Below, one piece after another: positions 41,101 to 52,500 of a stretch of 56,494 nucleotides of DNA; the first letter of the stretch is position 1; the number at the start of each line of letters is the position of its first letter. The notes under the pieces are model-generated. The model made no database searches and had not been told where the DNA came from. It saw nothing but the letters and a program-made list of their open reading frames with translations. Source of the DNA: an uncultured Mycobacteriaceae bacterium (GTDB taxonomy: Bacteria; Pseudomonadota; Alphaproteobacteria; DSM-16000; Inquilinaceae); NCBI GenBank assembly GCA_964615535.1, contig CAZTNV010000001.1, positions 3,012 through 59,505 of the forward strand. The letters run 5' to 3'. The translations under genes and the position numbers were made by a program.

Positions 41101-43522
41101 AGCGGGGATCGATGCGCCCTTCCCGCAGCAGGGCGTCGAGGTCGCGCGGCGCGTCGTCGGCGAAACAGCCGAGATCGTGCAGCGCGCGGACCAGGTGGAA
41201 GCGGTGCAGGGCGGTCACGGCCTCGCGCTCGCGCACCGCGCGGGCGGCATCCACCGGCACGGCAGCCAGCGCCTCGACGCCCGCGGCCAGCATCGCCTGC
41301 CAGGCCGCATCGGCCGGCGCCGCCGGCTCCGGCACGGGGCGCCAGAGGCGGCGACCCTCGAAGGGAATCGGCGGCAGGCTGATCCGCCGAGCCGGCCGCG
41401 GCAGTGGCGCCTCGGCGAGCACGCCCATCTGCCAGAGCGCCAACCGCAGCCCGGCCTCGAAAGTCTCGGGAGAGGACTCGGCCAGATGCAGCGAAAGGCC
41501 CGGCCGCGCGGGCCAGTCCGGCCGGCCGGGCGCGGCGGCATCGGGCGCGGCACCCTCGCCGGGCGATTGCGGGCCCTGGTCGAGCGCGGCGAGCCAGGCG
41601 CGTGCTTCCTCCGGCGGCCGGGCGGCGAGCATCAGCGAGGCCTCGCCGAGATCGCGTCCCTCAAGCGTGACGCCGGGAAGGCCCGCGAGCCAGCGCGCGA
41701 GGCCCGCGAGCGCGAGCGGCGGCCCCGAGGGCGGCAGCGCCGGCTCCGCCCCGTCGCGCCAGCGGGCGAGGCGGGGCGGCAGCGGAATAGCGGCGAGGCC
41801 GAAGGGATCCCGCCCCGCGAAGGCGGCGCGCAGCCAGGCGGCAGCGGCCCCGGGCTCGGCGCCGGTCAGGCGGATCGCAGCGCCCCGCCCGCGCGCCAGG
41901 ATGGCGGGCAGCGCGCCCCCGGCCAGGGCATCGAGCGCCGCGCCCGCACCGGCCGGCCCGGCGGCGAGGGCATAGGCGCGCAGCATCGCCTCCTCGCGCG
42001 GCAGGCCGGCATGGGCGAGGCTCCCGGCAAGGAGCCGCGCCTCCGCGCCCGGCCCGTCAAGGGCCTCGCGCAGCCGCGCCGCATGGCGCGCAAGCCCCGC
42101 GGGCGAGCGCGCGGGCACGGCGAAGGCCACCGGGCCGACGATCGGGGCCGCCTCGCCGCACGGGGCGGGCGGCGCCTCCTCCAGCACGACATGGCAGTTG
42201 GTGCCGCCGATCCCGAACGAGCTGACGGCGGCGCGACGCCGCCCCGCGCCCTGCTCCGGCGCGTCCCAGGGCAGGGCATAGGCGGGAAGGAAGAAGGGGC
42301 TCTCCTCGAGCCCGAGCGCCGGGTTCGGCTGCTCGGCATGCAGGGCCGGGGGCAGGGCGCGGTGGCGCAGCGCCAGCACCGCCTTGAGCAGGCTGGCGAT
42401 CCCGGCGGCGGTGTCGAGATGGCCGAGATTCGCCTTCACCGAACCGAGCGCGCAGACCTGTCGCGCGGCCGTGTGCCGACGCCAGACCCGGGTCAGTGCC
42501 GCCACCTCAATCGGGTCGCCGAGCGGCGTACCCGTGCCATGCGCCTCGACCAGCCCGATGCCGGCAGGATCGACGCCCGCCATCGCCAGGGCCTCGGCGA
42601 TCACGGCGGCCTGCCCCTCGATACTGGGCGCGGTGAAGCCGGCCTTGGCGGCGCCGTCATTGTTCACCGCCGAACCGCGCAGCACCGCCCAGACCTCGTC
42701 GCCATCGGCGAGCGCCTCGTCGAGGCGCTTCATGAGCACCACGGCGCAGCCATGGCCGATGCCGGTCCCGGCTGCGTCGGCCGAAAAGGGGCGGCAGCGC
42801 CCGTCAGGGGAGAAAATCATCCCCTCCCGGTGCAGGTAGCCGAGCGCCTGGGGGAAGGTGACGCCCACCCCGCCCGCGAGGGCGAGATCGCAGGCCCCGG
42901 CGCGGAGCTGCTCGGCGGCCATGTGCACGGCGACGAGCGAGCTCGAACAGGCGGACTGCACGGCCATGGCCGGGCCCGAAAGGTCGAGGCGGTAGGCCGT
43001 GCGCGTCGCGATGTAGTCCTTGTCGTTGCCGGTCAGGGCCTGGAAGACGCGCGGCGAGGCGAGCCGGAGCAGCATGGCGCGATCGGGGCGCACCCAGGTG
43101 CTCATGCGCGCGCAGCCGAACACTCCGATCGGCAGGCGCGGTCGCCCGCCGAGCCCCGCGACCTGCAGGGCCTCCGCCGCGCAGGCCAGGAAGAGGCGGT
43201 GCTGCGGGTCGGTCTCCAACGCCTCGGCCTCGCTCATGCCGAAGAACTCGGGGTCGAAGTCGCAGGCGGTCTCGAGCACGGCGCCCACCGCCACATGGTC
43301 GGGCCGCTTCGCCGTGGCGGGGTCGAGCCCGGCTTCGGCGCGTTCCTCGGCGGTGAAGGGGCGAAGCGCCTCGCGACCCTCGAACAGGAGGCGCCAGAAA
43401 CTGCCGATGTCGGGCGCGCCGGGCATGCGGCAGGCGGCGCCGACGATCGCGACCGCCGCGTCCGTCCCGTCGGTCGCCTCGGCGGCGGCCTCGAAGCTGT
43501 TCAGCGCGTCGGAATCGGGCAT
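38138..43522 (-). CDS. Type I polyketide synthase, KS-(AT remnant)-cMT-KR-ACP (equivalent to the PKS half of HMWP1/Irp1)
   Basis: See the domain features below. ATG at 43522 is preceded by AGGA 9 nt upstream and lies 16 nt after the upstream stop. The track ORF start at 43597 would overlap the upstream gene by 59 nt. Confidence 0.9.
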   Translation of the reverse strand: MPDSDALNSFEAAAEATDGTDAAVAIVGAACRMPGAPDIGSFWRLLFEGREALRPFTAEERAEAGLDPATAKRPDHVAVGAVLETACDFDPEFFGMSEAEALETDPQHRLFLACAAEALQVAGLGGRPRLPIGVFGCARMSTWVRPDRAMLLRLASPRVFQALTGNDKDYIATRTAYRLDLSGPAMAVQSACSSSLVAVHMAAEQLRAGACDLALAGGVGVTFPQALGYLHREGMIFSPDGRCRPFSADAAGTGIGHGCAVVLMKRLDEALADGDEVWAVLRGSAVNNDGAAKAGFTAPSIEGQAAVIAEALAMAGVDPAGIGLVEAHGTGTPLGDPIEVAALTRVWRRHTAARQVCALGSVKANLGHLDTAAGIASLLKAVLALRHRALPPALHAEQPNPALGLEESPFFLPAYALPWDAPEQGAGRRRAAVSSFGIGGTNCHVVLEEAPPAPCGEAAPIVGPVAFAVPARSPAGLARHAARLREALDGPGAEARLLAGSLAHAGLPREEAMLRAYALAAGPAGAGAALDALAGGALPAILARGRGAAIRLTGAEPGAAAAWLRAAFAGRDPFGLAAIPLPPRLARWRDGAEPALPPSGPPLALAGLARWLAGLPGVTLEGRDLGEASLMLAARPPEEARAWLAALDQGPQSPGEGAAPDAAAPGRPDWPARPGLSLHLAESSPETFEAGLRLALWQMGVLAEAPLPRPARRISLPPIPFEGRRLWRPVPEPAAPADAAWQAMLAAGVEALAAVPVDAARAVREREAVTALHRFHLVRALHDLGCFADDAPRDLDALLREGRIDPRFRQLLGRLIEDLAEGGGVRREGAGRYAVLGLSGAPPAADGLVSPGLGRLIARTAPRLAEVLRGEVPLVSLVFPDGDSGDAAALYKHEHYSPHLNAILARLAGAAAAAAGRPVSVLELGAGTGGTTDAVLAALGDACGRYVFTDVGPLFLARARERFAGVRGMEFRPFDIARDPAAQGFAAESFDIVVAANVLHNAPSLAGAMARIAPLLRPGGVLLLREIAERKPLFDLVFGALAPEVEDHEARGGLFAPPAAWCGAARAAGLEQAAAFPEEDETAAAMGEAVIIARRLPPAAAAPAAGPAPLWQGEARAGAGSLALLAEAAVAAGLLPGTLAAIATGARPAPGTPLRLLREDGALVLMTSGPDARPVARARCETGTIGDPPAILARRAAPATEGAEALATLVAGLAAPPGRLCIAALPGRARVGLAEAAGGGLALVAEGTDFPVAWLEPAAARPCLAGISVEPAMLAAERWEALPAAAAPIPAALWLIGREGAPMTEALRAAATAAGIPCEVALAEAAAPIGARRLLLAEDLLGPSGTVPSARLAPLQAGLASLARALHDRPEAAGAAIVTRGALALPGEALREPLLAMAHGMGLSLARETPSVPVEVLDADDHAASLGRIVAGFALPTGMLGALRRGQPLVRRFAAVPPAIAAAWTLPAEGSVVLTGGLSRLGRVVTDWLARQGAGDITLFLHRAPRADEAAALDALRAAHGVTLRLIEGVDCADAAAVEAGFRRLAEAGVMPAAVFHLAGLVRDGLVARQDYAELREAIAVKLDAATAILAAMRGRPGAPVVFFSSLAAVLGPPGEGAHAGANAALEALARAARAEGIAATAIAWDHWREALRPDHQALAARFRTAGMSNEAGLAALGAAMARSRASLVAADPAALALLNGEAPDASAAAAADTAAGDVLGWLRAAVARLVGRPPEEVNCDAGLIQLGIDSLMFLDLGERARRELGVTLDAEAALSAATLGELAALLESRRQVA
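38153..38380 (-). other. PKS-2 acyl carrier protein domain
   Basis: LIQLGIDSLMFLDL. Confidence 0.85.
38558..39115 (-). other. PKS-2 ketoreductase catalytic subdomain (catalytic Tyr replaced by His)
   Basis: VVLTGGLSRLG and AVKLDAA (Lys). FFSSLAAVLGPPGEGAHAGANAA aligns position by position with SSxAGxxGxxGQxxYAAAN, putting His (codon 38666-38668) at the Tyr position. Confidence 0.8.
40238..40900 (-). other. PKS-2 C-methyltransferase domain
   Basis: Intact motif I VLELGAGTGGTT. Also FDIVVAANVLHNAPS and LLRPGGVLLLRE. Confidence 0.85.
41333..42145 (-). other. PKS-2 degenerate acyltransferase-like linker (AT remnant)
   Basis: About 270 aa lie between the KS end and the post-AT IPFEGRRLW motif, against about 420 aa in module 1. 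GQGxQ is replaced by LTGAEPG, and GHSxGE by GRDLGE (41642-41659). Confidence 0.7.
42173..43462 (-). other. PKS-2 ketosynthase domain
   Basis: QSACSSSL (active Cys), EAHGTGTPLGDPIE, KANLGHLDTAAG. Confidence 0.9.
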
Positions 43523-43538
43523 GGGATGCTGTCCTGCG

Positions 43539-46500
43539 TCAGGAAAGGGATGAATCGGCGCGGGCCTGGCGACGCGCCTCGATGCGTCGGCCGGCACGAA
43601 GGGCGGGGGGCGGCCCCGTGCTGCGGCGCGGCTGCGGCGCCTGCGCGGTGGCCGAGGCGCCCATCAGGCCTTCGAGATGGCGTGCGAGGGCGGCCGGCGT
43701 CGTGTGCTCGAACAGGTCGACCACTTGCAGCGGCACGCCGAGATCCTGCCGCAGCACCTGGCACACGCGGATCAACGCGAGGGAGGTGGCGCCGGCCTCG
43801 AAGAAGTTCGTCTCGCGGGGCGGCGGCTCGCCGGTCTCGCGCGCGATCGCGGCGATGACCAGCGCCTCGAGCCCGGCGGAGGCGGCGGGTCCGGGCGCTC
43901 TGGTCTGCGTCGAGGGCAGAAGCGGCGCGGCGGGCTGCGTGCCCGGCGTGGCGAGACCGGCCTCCGCGCGTAGCGCGGCGATCGGCAGGGTCCAGGCGGC
44001 TTCCTCGGTGGCGAGGCGTTCGAGCAGCCTCGCCTCGGCCGTGAAGGCGGCATCGAGCAGCCCCGGCGGGAAGGCCGCCTCCAGCGCGTCCCAGTTCCAG
44101 TGCAGCGTGCCCTCCTCCTCGCGGACCTGGTGGTCGAGCACGACCTGCGGCGTCTGGGTGATGCCCCCGACGATGCGCCCGATGGGGGCGGCCGCGCCGA
44201 CGCCCGCCGCGCCGAGCGCCGAGGTGAACACGAAGGGGCAGATCACGCCGCGTGCGCGGCCCGACCGCCGCGCCATCTCGCGCAGGGCGCGCACCGCCGA
44301 GACCTCGGCATAGGCGAGGTCGGCCGCGACCTGCGCCTGCACCGCGCCGATGGCGGCCGCCATGTCCGCCGCCCCGCCCCGGCATTCGAGCAGGATCAGC
44401 GAGGTGAAATCCCCCGCCACGAAATCGATGTCCGGATGCAGCGGCGGGCGCTGGAACAGCGTGAGGTTCAACGTGAACTCGGCCGAGGTCGCGAAGCACC
44501 GCAGCACCTCGGCATGGATGCCGATCAACACGGCATTCGCGGTCATGCCGCGCCGCTGCGCGTGGCGCTGCAGCGCCTGCCAGGCCGGGGCGGGCAGCAT
44601 GGCGGCGCGGCGGCGGAAGCTGGGCCGTCCCTCCGGCACGGCGAGCAGCGGCCAGGCCGGCGCGGCGGGCAGCGTCTCCAAACGGCCGAGCCAGTGATCG
44701 AGCGCCGCGCGCCAGCGCGGCAGGCCTTCCGCCTGCCGCCGGGCGAGCACATAGTCGCGAAAGTCGCATCCGATCGGCGGCAGCGCCGCCCCCGGATCCG
44801 CCGCGCGCGCGAGCACGCCCCATTCGACGAGCAGCATGCCCATGCTGCGCCCGTCGAAGAGCATGTTCTCGAGCGACACGCAGAGCCGCATCGTCCCGTC
44901 CGAACGCCGGACGGCGCGGACGTCGAAGAGCGGCCAGCGGTCCGCCGGACGCAGCCGGTGCGACAGGTCCCGCCGGATCGCCTGGAGCGCCGCGCCCTCG
45001 GCCTCCGCGCCTGCCACCTCGACGAAGGGGATGGGAAGATCGGGCACGACAGGCAGCACGCGCTGACGCCCATCCTCTTCGATCACCGCGCGCATCATGG
45101 GATGACGGTCGATCAGCGCGCGCCAGCCACGCTCGACATCGGCACAGGCGAGGTCCGCGACCTCGATCTCGGCGTAGAGATGCGCCGAGACGCCGCCGAG
45201 CGCGAAGCCCTCGCGCCGGCCGATCCAGTACGCCTCCTGAACGTCGGTGAGCGGGAAGGGCGCGTGACGGTCGGCCGGGGCCGGCCGGAGCGCCGGCAGG
45301 TCGCCCGGCGACGGCACCGCTTCCGCCGCGCGGGAGTCGACAAGGGCGGCGAAGGCGCCGAGCGCGGGAGCTTCGAACAGGTCGCGCACCTGAACGGCGA
45401 TGCCCGTCTCCCGGCGCAGCGCCTCGACGATGCGGACCGCGCTCAGGCTGTCGCCGCCGAGATCGAAGAAGGACTGTCCGGGGTCGGTCGCGGCGACGCC
45501 GAGGCTCGCCTCCCACAGCGCGGCGATGCGCGCCGCCATGCCCGAAAGCGCCCCCGCCGATCCGGCGGCGGCACGGCGGGCCGGTTGCGGCAGCCGGCGG
45601 CGATCCACCTTGCCCGTCGGGTTGAGCGGCAGCGCGGGCAGCAGCATCACCGATTGCGGCACCATGTAGGCGGGCAGGCGCGTCGCGGCGAAGGCCCGCA
45701 GCGCGCCGGCATCCTGCCTTTCGATCGCGGCCGGGAGCCGCGCGGCGAGCAGCGCGAAATCGTCCGCCGCGCTGGCCTGGTGCAGCGCGATCGCCTCGGC
45801 GAAGCCGGCCTCGCGCAGCGCCGCGCACCAGCGCTCGCCATCGACCTGCCACTGCCACAGCGCGCGGCGGAAATCGTCCGTCGCCGCCGGCCCGTCGCCG
45901 AGCAGCGCGACGGTGACGCGCTGGAGGTCGTTGTCCGCGGTGATCTCGGGTGCCAACAGCAGGCCCGCCGGACCGAGCAGCCCCGCGATCCGGCCGAGCT
46001 GCGCCGGGATGTCGCGCGTGCGGTGCAGCGCGTTGAACATCGCGACCGCGTCCCATCTGTCCTGCGCTGCCGCCGGGCGTGCCGGGTCGAGCAGCCGGAA
46101 GGCGACGCCGGGGTGCGCGGCGAAACCCGCCTCGGCGAACCGCCGACGCGCCTCTGCCAGGAAGGCGGCCGACCCGTCCGCGACCGTGAGGTGCCAGCCA
46201 TCCGCCGGCAGCGCCCGCAGGAGGTCGAGGGCGGTCAGCCCGAACCGCGCTTCGAGATACAGGATGCGCAGCGGCTCCGCCCCGCCGCGCGCGTCGGCCA
46301 GCGCGGCCAGCGCCGCGCCCAGCGCCTCGGCCATCGCCGCGCCACCGGGGCTGCCGCGCGAGAGCGCCTCGGGCGACAGCGACAGGTCGCCCGCCTCGAA
46401 GAACAGCGAGAGTGCCTCGGCCTCCCCGCGCAGCACGGCCGCGCGGCGCGGCGCGTCGTCGCGCAGCCGGACCAGCGCCCCCGTATCGAGGCCCAGCCGC

Positions 46501-49500
46501 GCGGCCTCCGCCGCCAGCCCGTCCCAGGTCGTCTCGGCGAGACCGTTCGGCGCGAGCAGCACGGTGCCCTCTGGCCGCAGATCGCCCGCCTCGACCAAGA
46601 GGTCGAGCCAGTCGCGGAAGACGGGCGCCATCGCCTCGGCGATGCCGAAGCGGGCCGCCGTTTCCCGCCCGTCGAGCACGAGGGCGGTGCCGCCGGGAAG
46701 ACCGAGCGCACGCAGCGTGTCGCGCACCACCTGGCAGGCGGCGCGGTGCAGCAGCGAGGCGAGCTCGGCCCGCCCGTGCCGTGGTGCCGTGGCGGCCAGC
46801 CGCGCCCGCGCGGCCGCCTGCGCGGCCTGCCAGCGGGCTTGCGCCATCGCCTCGGGCAGGGCGTCGATGCGGCGCACCGGATGGGCGGGGTCGTCGCCTT
46901 CCGCCTTGAGCACGGCCCAGGCATGAAGGCGGCGGCTGCGCGCCGTCCGGTCGGCGCCGGGTTCGGCGATCGCATCCACGACCGCCTGGGCCACGGCCGG
47001 ATGCGCGGAGAGCGCGGCCTCGATCTCGCCGAGTTCGATGCGGTGCCCGCCGATCTTCACTTGCAGGTCCCGCCGGCCGAGGAATTCGAGCGTGCCGTCG
47101 GGCCAGTAGCGCGCGAGGTCGCCGGTGCGGTAGAGGCGCTCGCCGGTCGCGGGATGCGCGTAGAAGCTGGCCGCGGTGCGGTCCGCGTCGCCCTCGTAGC
47201 CGATCGCGAGCCCGATGCCGGCGATGTGCAGGTCGCCCTCCACCCAGTCGGGCCGGTGGCGTAGCGCCGCGTCCAGCACATGGTAGCGCTGGTTGGTCAG
47301 CGGCTGGCCATAGGGGATGGACGCCCAGTGCGGCAGGACCTCCTTCACCTCGAACCAGTTGGACCAGATCGAGGCCTCGGTCGCGCCGCCCAGCGCGATC
47401 AGGTGCGCCGTTCCGCCCGCCGCGCGCAGGCGGCCCGGCAGGCTGAGCGGCACCCAGTCCCCCGAGAGCAGCACCAGCGTCAGACGGCGCAGCGCCGCCG
47501 CGCGGCCCTCGGTCACCAGCATGTCGAACAGCGCGGGCACCGAGTTCCAGACCGTGACGCCCTGCGTCTCGATCAGCGAAGCCCAATGCGCCGGGTCGCG
47601 CCGGAGCCGCGCCGAAGGGAACACCACCGCGGCGCCCGCGGCGAAGGCGCCGAACAGGTCGAAGACCGAGAGGTCGAAGCCGAGCGCCGAGAGTGCGAGG
47701 ACCCGGTCGGACGCGCCGACACCGAAGCGCCGGTTGATGTCGAGCACCGTGTTCACGGGGCCGAGATGGTCGAGCAGCACGCCCTTGGGCGTGCCGGTCG
47801 AGCCCGAGGTGTAGAGCAGATAGGCCGGGTCGCGCGGCCCGACCGCGCGGGGCGGCGGCGCGGCCGGTGCTGCGGGCGTCTCCCCTGCAAGCCGCGCCTC
47901 GAGCGCCACGACACCGAGCCGCGCCAGCAATGCCGCGGGCGCGGGCGCGAGCGGTCCCTCGTGCAGGGCGAGGCGGATCGCGGAATCGCGCAGGATCGCC
48001 TCGAGCCGGGCCTCCGGCTGTTCGGGGTCGAGCGGTACATAGACCGCGCCAGCGGCGAGGATCGCGAGCACCGCGAGCGCCTGGCAGGGCGATTTCGCCA
48101 TGAGAACGGCGATGCGCGCGCCCGGCGGCGGCGCCTCGGCGCGCGCCGCCAGCGCCGCGGCGAGCGCGAGAGCGCGGCGCGCCAGGTCGTCATAGGTCCA
48201 GGCCGAGCCGTCGGCGTCGATCAGCGCAACGGCATCCGGCGCGCGCGCGGCGCTGTCGAAGAAGAGTTCGTGCAGCAGCCGGTCCGGCTCGGGCGCCGAT
48301 GTCGCGTTGGCGCATGCACGCGCGGTGCGCTGGCCCTCGGGCAGCAGATCGCCGAGCGGCGCTTCCCATGCCGCGTCCGCGGCGCCGAGGCGTTCGAGCA
48401 GCGTCCGGTGCGCCTCGACCATGGCATCGAGCACGCCTTCGGGGAACAGCGCTTCGACGGCATCCCAGTTGCAGACCAGCGCGCCGCCGATCTCCATCAC
48501 CTGGTGGTCGAGCATCACCTGCGGCGTCTGGGTGATCGCGAAACCCTGCCGCGCAAGCAGCCCGGGCGCCTGTCCCGCGACGCCGAACTGGCTCGTGAAG
48601 ACGACGGGCAGCATGAGCCGTTCGTCCTCCGGCCGTGCCCGGTTGATCAGGCGCAGCACCTCGGTCGCATCGCAGGCGCGATGCTCCAGCACGTCGAGCA
48701 TCGCGGCATGCAGCGCCGCGGCGTGCTCGGCGAAGGGGCGCGCCGCGCGGTGGTCCACCGGCAGCGGCGCGACCGCCGTGAAGTCGCCGATCAGCGCGCC
48801 GACATCCGGGTGCCAGGGCCGCCGGTCGAACAAGGTCAGGCTGAGGGTGAAGTCCTGGTTCGCGCTCCAGCGCGCGATCACCTCGGCATAGAGGGCCAGC
48901 AGGAACGAGGCGGGGGTGAGGCCGCGCGCCGCGATGCGCGCCCGGGCCGCTGCCCAGGCTGCCGCGTCGAGGCCGCTGCGCCGGCCCGTGAAGCGCGGTG
49001 CGGCAATGCTCTCGGGCCGCATGGCAAGCGGCAGGCGCGGCGCCGGCGGCAGCGTCTCGGCCCGCGTCTCCCAGAAGGCGCGGGCGCGCGCATGCTCCTC
49101 CGCCCAGCCGCTCGCCGGGTTCTGTCGCGCCACCACGTAGTCGCGGAAGGTGATGCCGATCGGCGCCAGCCCCGCGGCGGCGGCGTCGCCGCCGTGCCGC
49201 AGCAGGCTCTCGAATTCGCCAAGCAGGAGCTGCGCGGCCGTCGCGTCCGCGATCAGGAGGTCGAGGCTGACATGCAGCCGCACGCCCCCGCCGGCACGCC
49301 GCGTCGCGCGCAGGGCGAACAGCGGCCAGGCATCCGCCGGGTGGATGCTGTGCGACATCTCCTGCCGCCAGGCTTCGAGATGCGCCGCTTCCTCCGCCGC
49401 GGCCATGCCGCCGAGATCGCGCGTCTCGATGGCGTAGCGCGGCACCTCCGCCAGCACGCGCTGGCGGGCATCGCGGCCGAAGACGGTGCGCAGCGCGTCG

Positions 49501-52500
49501 TGACGCCGCACCAGGAGGTTCCACGCCGCTTCGGCGCAGGCGATGTCGAGACTGTCGAGGTCGATCTCGAGATAGGCATGGCAGGCCACGTTGCCCAGAA
49601 GCAGGCCCGGATTGCGGCCGACCCAATAGGCGTGCTGCAGCGGCGTCAGCGCGAAGGGTTCGTGCCGCGCGGCAATGTCCGCCGCGATGCCGAAGCCCGG
49701 CGCGGCCTGCGGTGGGGTGCCGGCCCCGGCGACGAGCGCCTCGATCGCCGCGAGCGTCGGCGTCTCGAACAGCCGGCGCAGGGGCAGCGCGACGCCGAGG
49801 CGCGTCTCGATGCGCTGCGCGATCTCCATCGCCAGGATGGAATCCATGCCGAGCGCGACGAGGTTCGCATCCGGGGCGAGCGTCGCGGGATCGAGGCGCA
49901 GCGCCTCGCCGACGATGGCGCGCGGCGTGAGCGCATCCGCCGGATCGGCAACGGTCCGGGCAGGTTCCGCCCGGGTCCCGGCAAGCGGCGCCATCAGGCC
50001 GCTGCCGGTCACTGCCTCGTGCAGCGCCGCGAGCCGCGGCCAGACGATGTCCGCGACCACGACCGAGGGCGGGACCGGACGGCCGAGCAGCGTCGCGAGC
50101 CGCGCCAGGTACCAGGCCGGCGGCGCGACCGCGATGCCGGCCGCCGCCAGCGCCTCCCGCGCGCCCGCGGCGCCGGCCATGCCCTCGCCGTCCCACGGCC
50201 CCCAGGCCAGGGCGAGACCGGGCAGCCCCGCCGCGCGCCGGGCTGCCGCCATCGCGTCCTGGAAGGCATTGACCGCCGCGTAGCCGAGCTGCTGGCGCGA
50301 GCCCCAGACGCCCGCGATGGAGCTGCAAAGCACGAAGTGGTCGAGCGGCAGATGCCGCGTCGCCCGGTCGAGGTGCAGGCTCCCCTCCACCTTGGCCGCG
50401 GCCAGGCGCCGGTAGTCCTGCCCGGTCGCGGCGCCGAGCGGCCCGACCAGGCCGAGACCCGCGCAGTGGAACACGCCGCGCAGCGGTGGCCCGCCGGCGA
50501 TTTCGCGCAGCATCGCCTCGACCGCCGCCGGGTCGGCGATGTCGCAGGCGATGGCGCGCGCCGCCGCGCCGGCCGAACCGAGTTCGGCGAGCAGCGCCTC
50601 TCCCGCCGGACCCGGCGGCCGCCGGGCGGCGAGGATGATGTGCCGCGCCCCCGCGGCGGCGAGCCAGCGCGCGATCGCCGCGCCGATCCCGCCGAAGCCG
50701 CCGACGATGAGATAGGCCCCGTCACCGCGGATCGGCGCGGTCGCGGCCGGCGCCGGATCGGCCGCAAGGGGCTGCAAGCGGGGGCGCAGCGCACCCCCGC
50801 CGCGCAGGGCCAGCACCGGCACCGAGGCGCCGAGCAGCGCCCCGATCGTCGCCGCCTCGATCTCGGTGGCCGGATCGAGATCGGCCATGACGATGCCGAG
50901 GCCGGCGCATTCGGCCATCAGCGACCAGGTCGCGCCCCAGGCGAGCGCCGCGCCGGGGCGCGGCGCGGTGTCCCCGGCCGCCGTCGCGCCGCGCGTCGCG
51001 ACGACGAGGCCTGCGCCGCGATGGGCGCGGTCGAGACGCGCGGCGAGGGCGAAGAGTTCCTCGATCACCGCATGGTCGGGTTCCGTGCCGAGGTCGAGCG
51101 CACGGAGGAAGAGCACCTGCACATCGGGCCGCAGTGCGGCATCGAGCCCGCGCGCATCGCGCCCGTCCACCGCCGCGACTTCGATGCCGCGCGCGCGCAG
51201 CGCGGGAACCAGGCGGCCGGCCACGCCACCGTGGTCGGGCACCACCACCAGCCGTGCCGGCCAGACCGGATCGGGCAGCGCCATCGCCTCCCAGTGCAGG
51301 GCGAAGAGCCCGTCGGCCTCCCCCGCCATGGCGGTGGCAGGCGGCGGCGCCACGGCGGCCACGGCGGGCAGCGCGTACCAGTGCGGGCGGCGCTCGAAGG
51401 GATAGAGCGGCAGCGCCTCCGGCGAGGGGAGGGCGCCCGGCAGGATCTCCGCCCAGTCGAGCGGCTGGCCCGCGGCGTGCAGCGCGGCGAGGCTGCCGCC
51501 CAGCACCGCAGCATCGGCCCGCGCGGGATCGAGCGAGGGGAGCATGAGCGGCGCTGCCCCCGCGCCCCAGGCGCGGCGCGCCAGCGGCAGCAGCACCGGG
51601 CGCGGCCCGATCTCGATCAGGACGTCGCAACCGAGCCGCCGCATCGCCGCGACCGCGTCGGCAAAGCGCACGGGGGCCAGGGCGTGCTCGGCCCAGTAGG
51701 CGGGACCGGTGGTCTCCGCGGCGTCGACCGGCGCGCCGCGCAGGGTCGAGACCAGCACCGCCTCCTCCCGTCCCGGCGCGAGGCCGGCGGCGGCCGCGCG
51801 CAGTGGTTCGGCAACGGGCGTCATCATCGGCGAATGGAAAGCGTGCGAGACGTCGAGTGGCCGCGCCGTCACGCCGCGCGCCGCGGCCCGTTCCGCGGCC
51901 GCCGCGACCGAGGCGGCCTCGCCGGACACCACCACCGCGTCGATCGCGTTGACGGCGGCGAGGGAAATGGCGGGGAGGCCGGCGATCAGCGCCGCGGCCT
52001 CGGCCGCCCCGATCGGCAGCGCCAGCATCGCGCCCGCCGGCAGCGCCTGCATCAGTCGCCCGCGCGCGGCGACCAGGCGAGCCGCATCCGCGAGGCCGAG
52101 ATGCCCTGCGGCAACCGCGGCGGCGAACTCGCCCACCGAATGCCCTGCGACCAGGGCGGGCTGCACGCCGAAGCGCCGCCACAGCGCGGCCAGCGCGTGA
52201 CCCAGGGCAAAAAGCGCCGGCTGGGCGAGTTCTGTCCGCCGGAGCGCCGCCGCCTCTCCCTCATGCATCGCCGCGATGATTGAAAGTCCGAGATGCGGGG
52301 CGAGCGCTGCGTCCGCCTCGGCGAGCGCCGCCCGGAAGGCGGGGCAGGCGGCGGCGAGGCCGCGCGCCATCCCCGCATGCTGCGCCCCCTGGCCGGTGAA
52401 GAGGAAGCCGATGCGCGGCGGCGCCGTGGCGCCCCCCGGGTTCAGCGCCAGCACCGAGGCGCGCAGCGAGTCCGCATCGGTGCCGAGGGCGCAGCCGCGC

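Noticed and set aside
39326-52283. Very long plus-strand ORFs (39326..43858, 44100..47264, 47280..52283) opposite the PKS/NRPS genes
   Set aside because: Their translations are Arg/Gly/Pro/Ala-rich low-complexity strings with no motifs. They are antisense to frames that carry complete PKS/NRPS motif sets. This is a typical stop-codon-poor artefact of very high GC.
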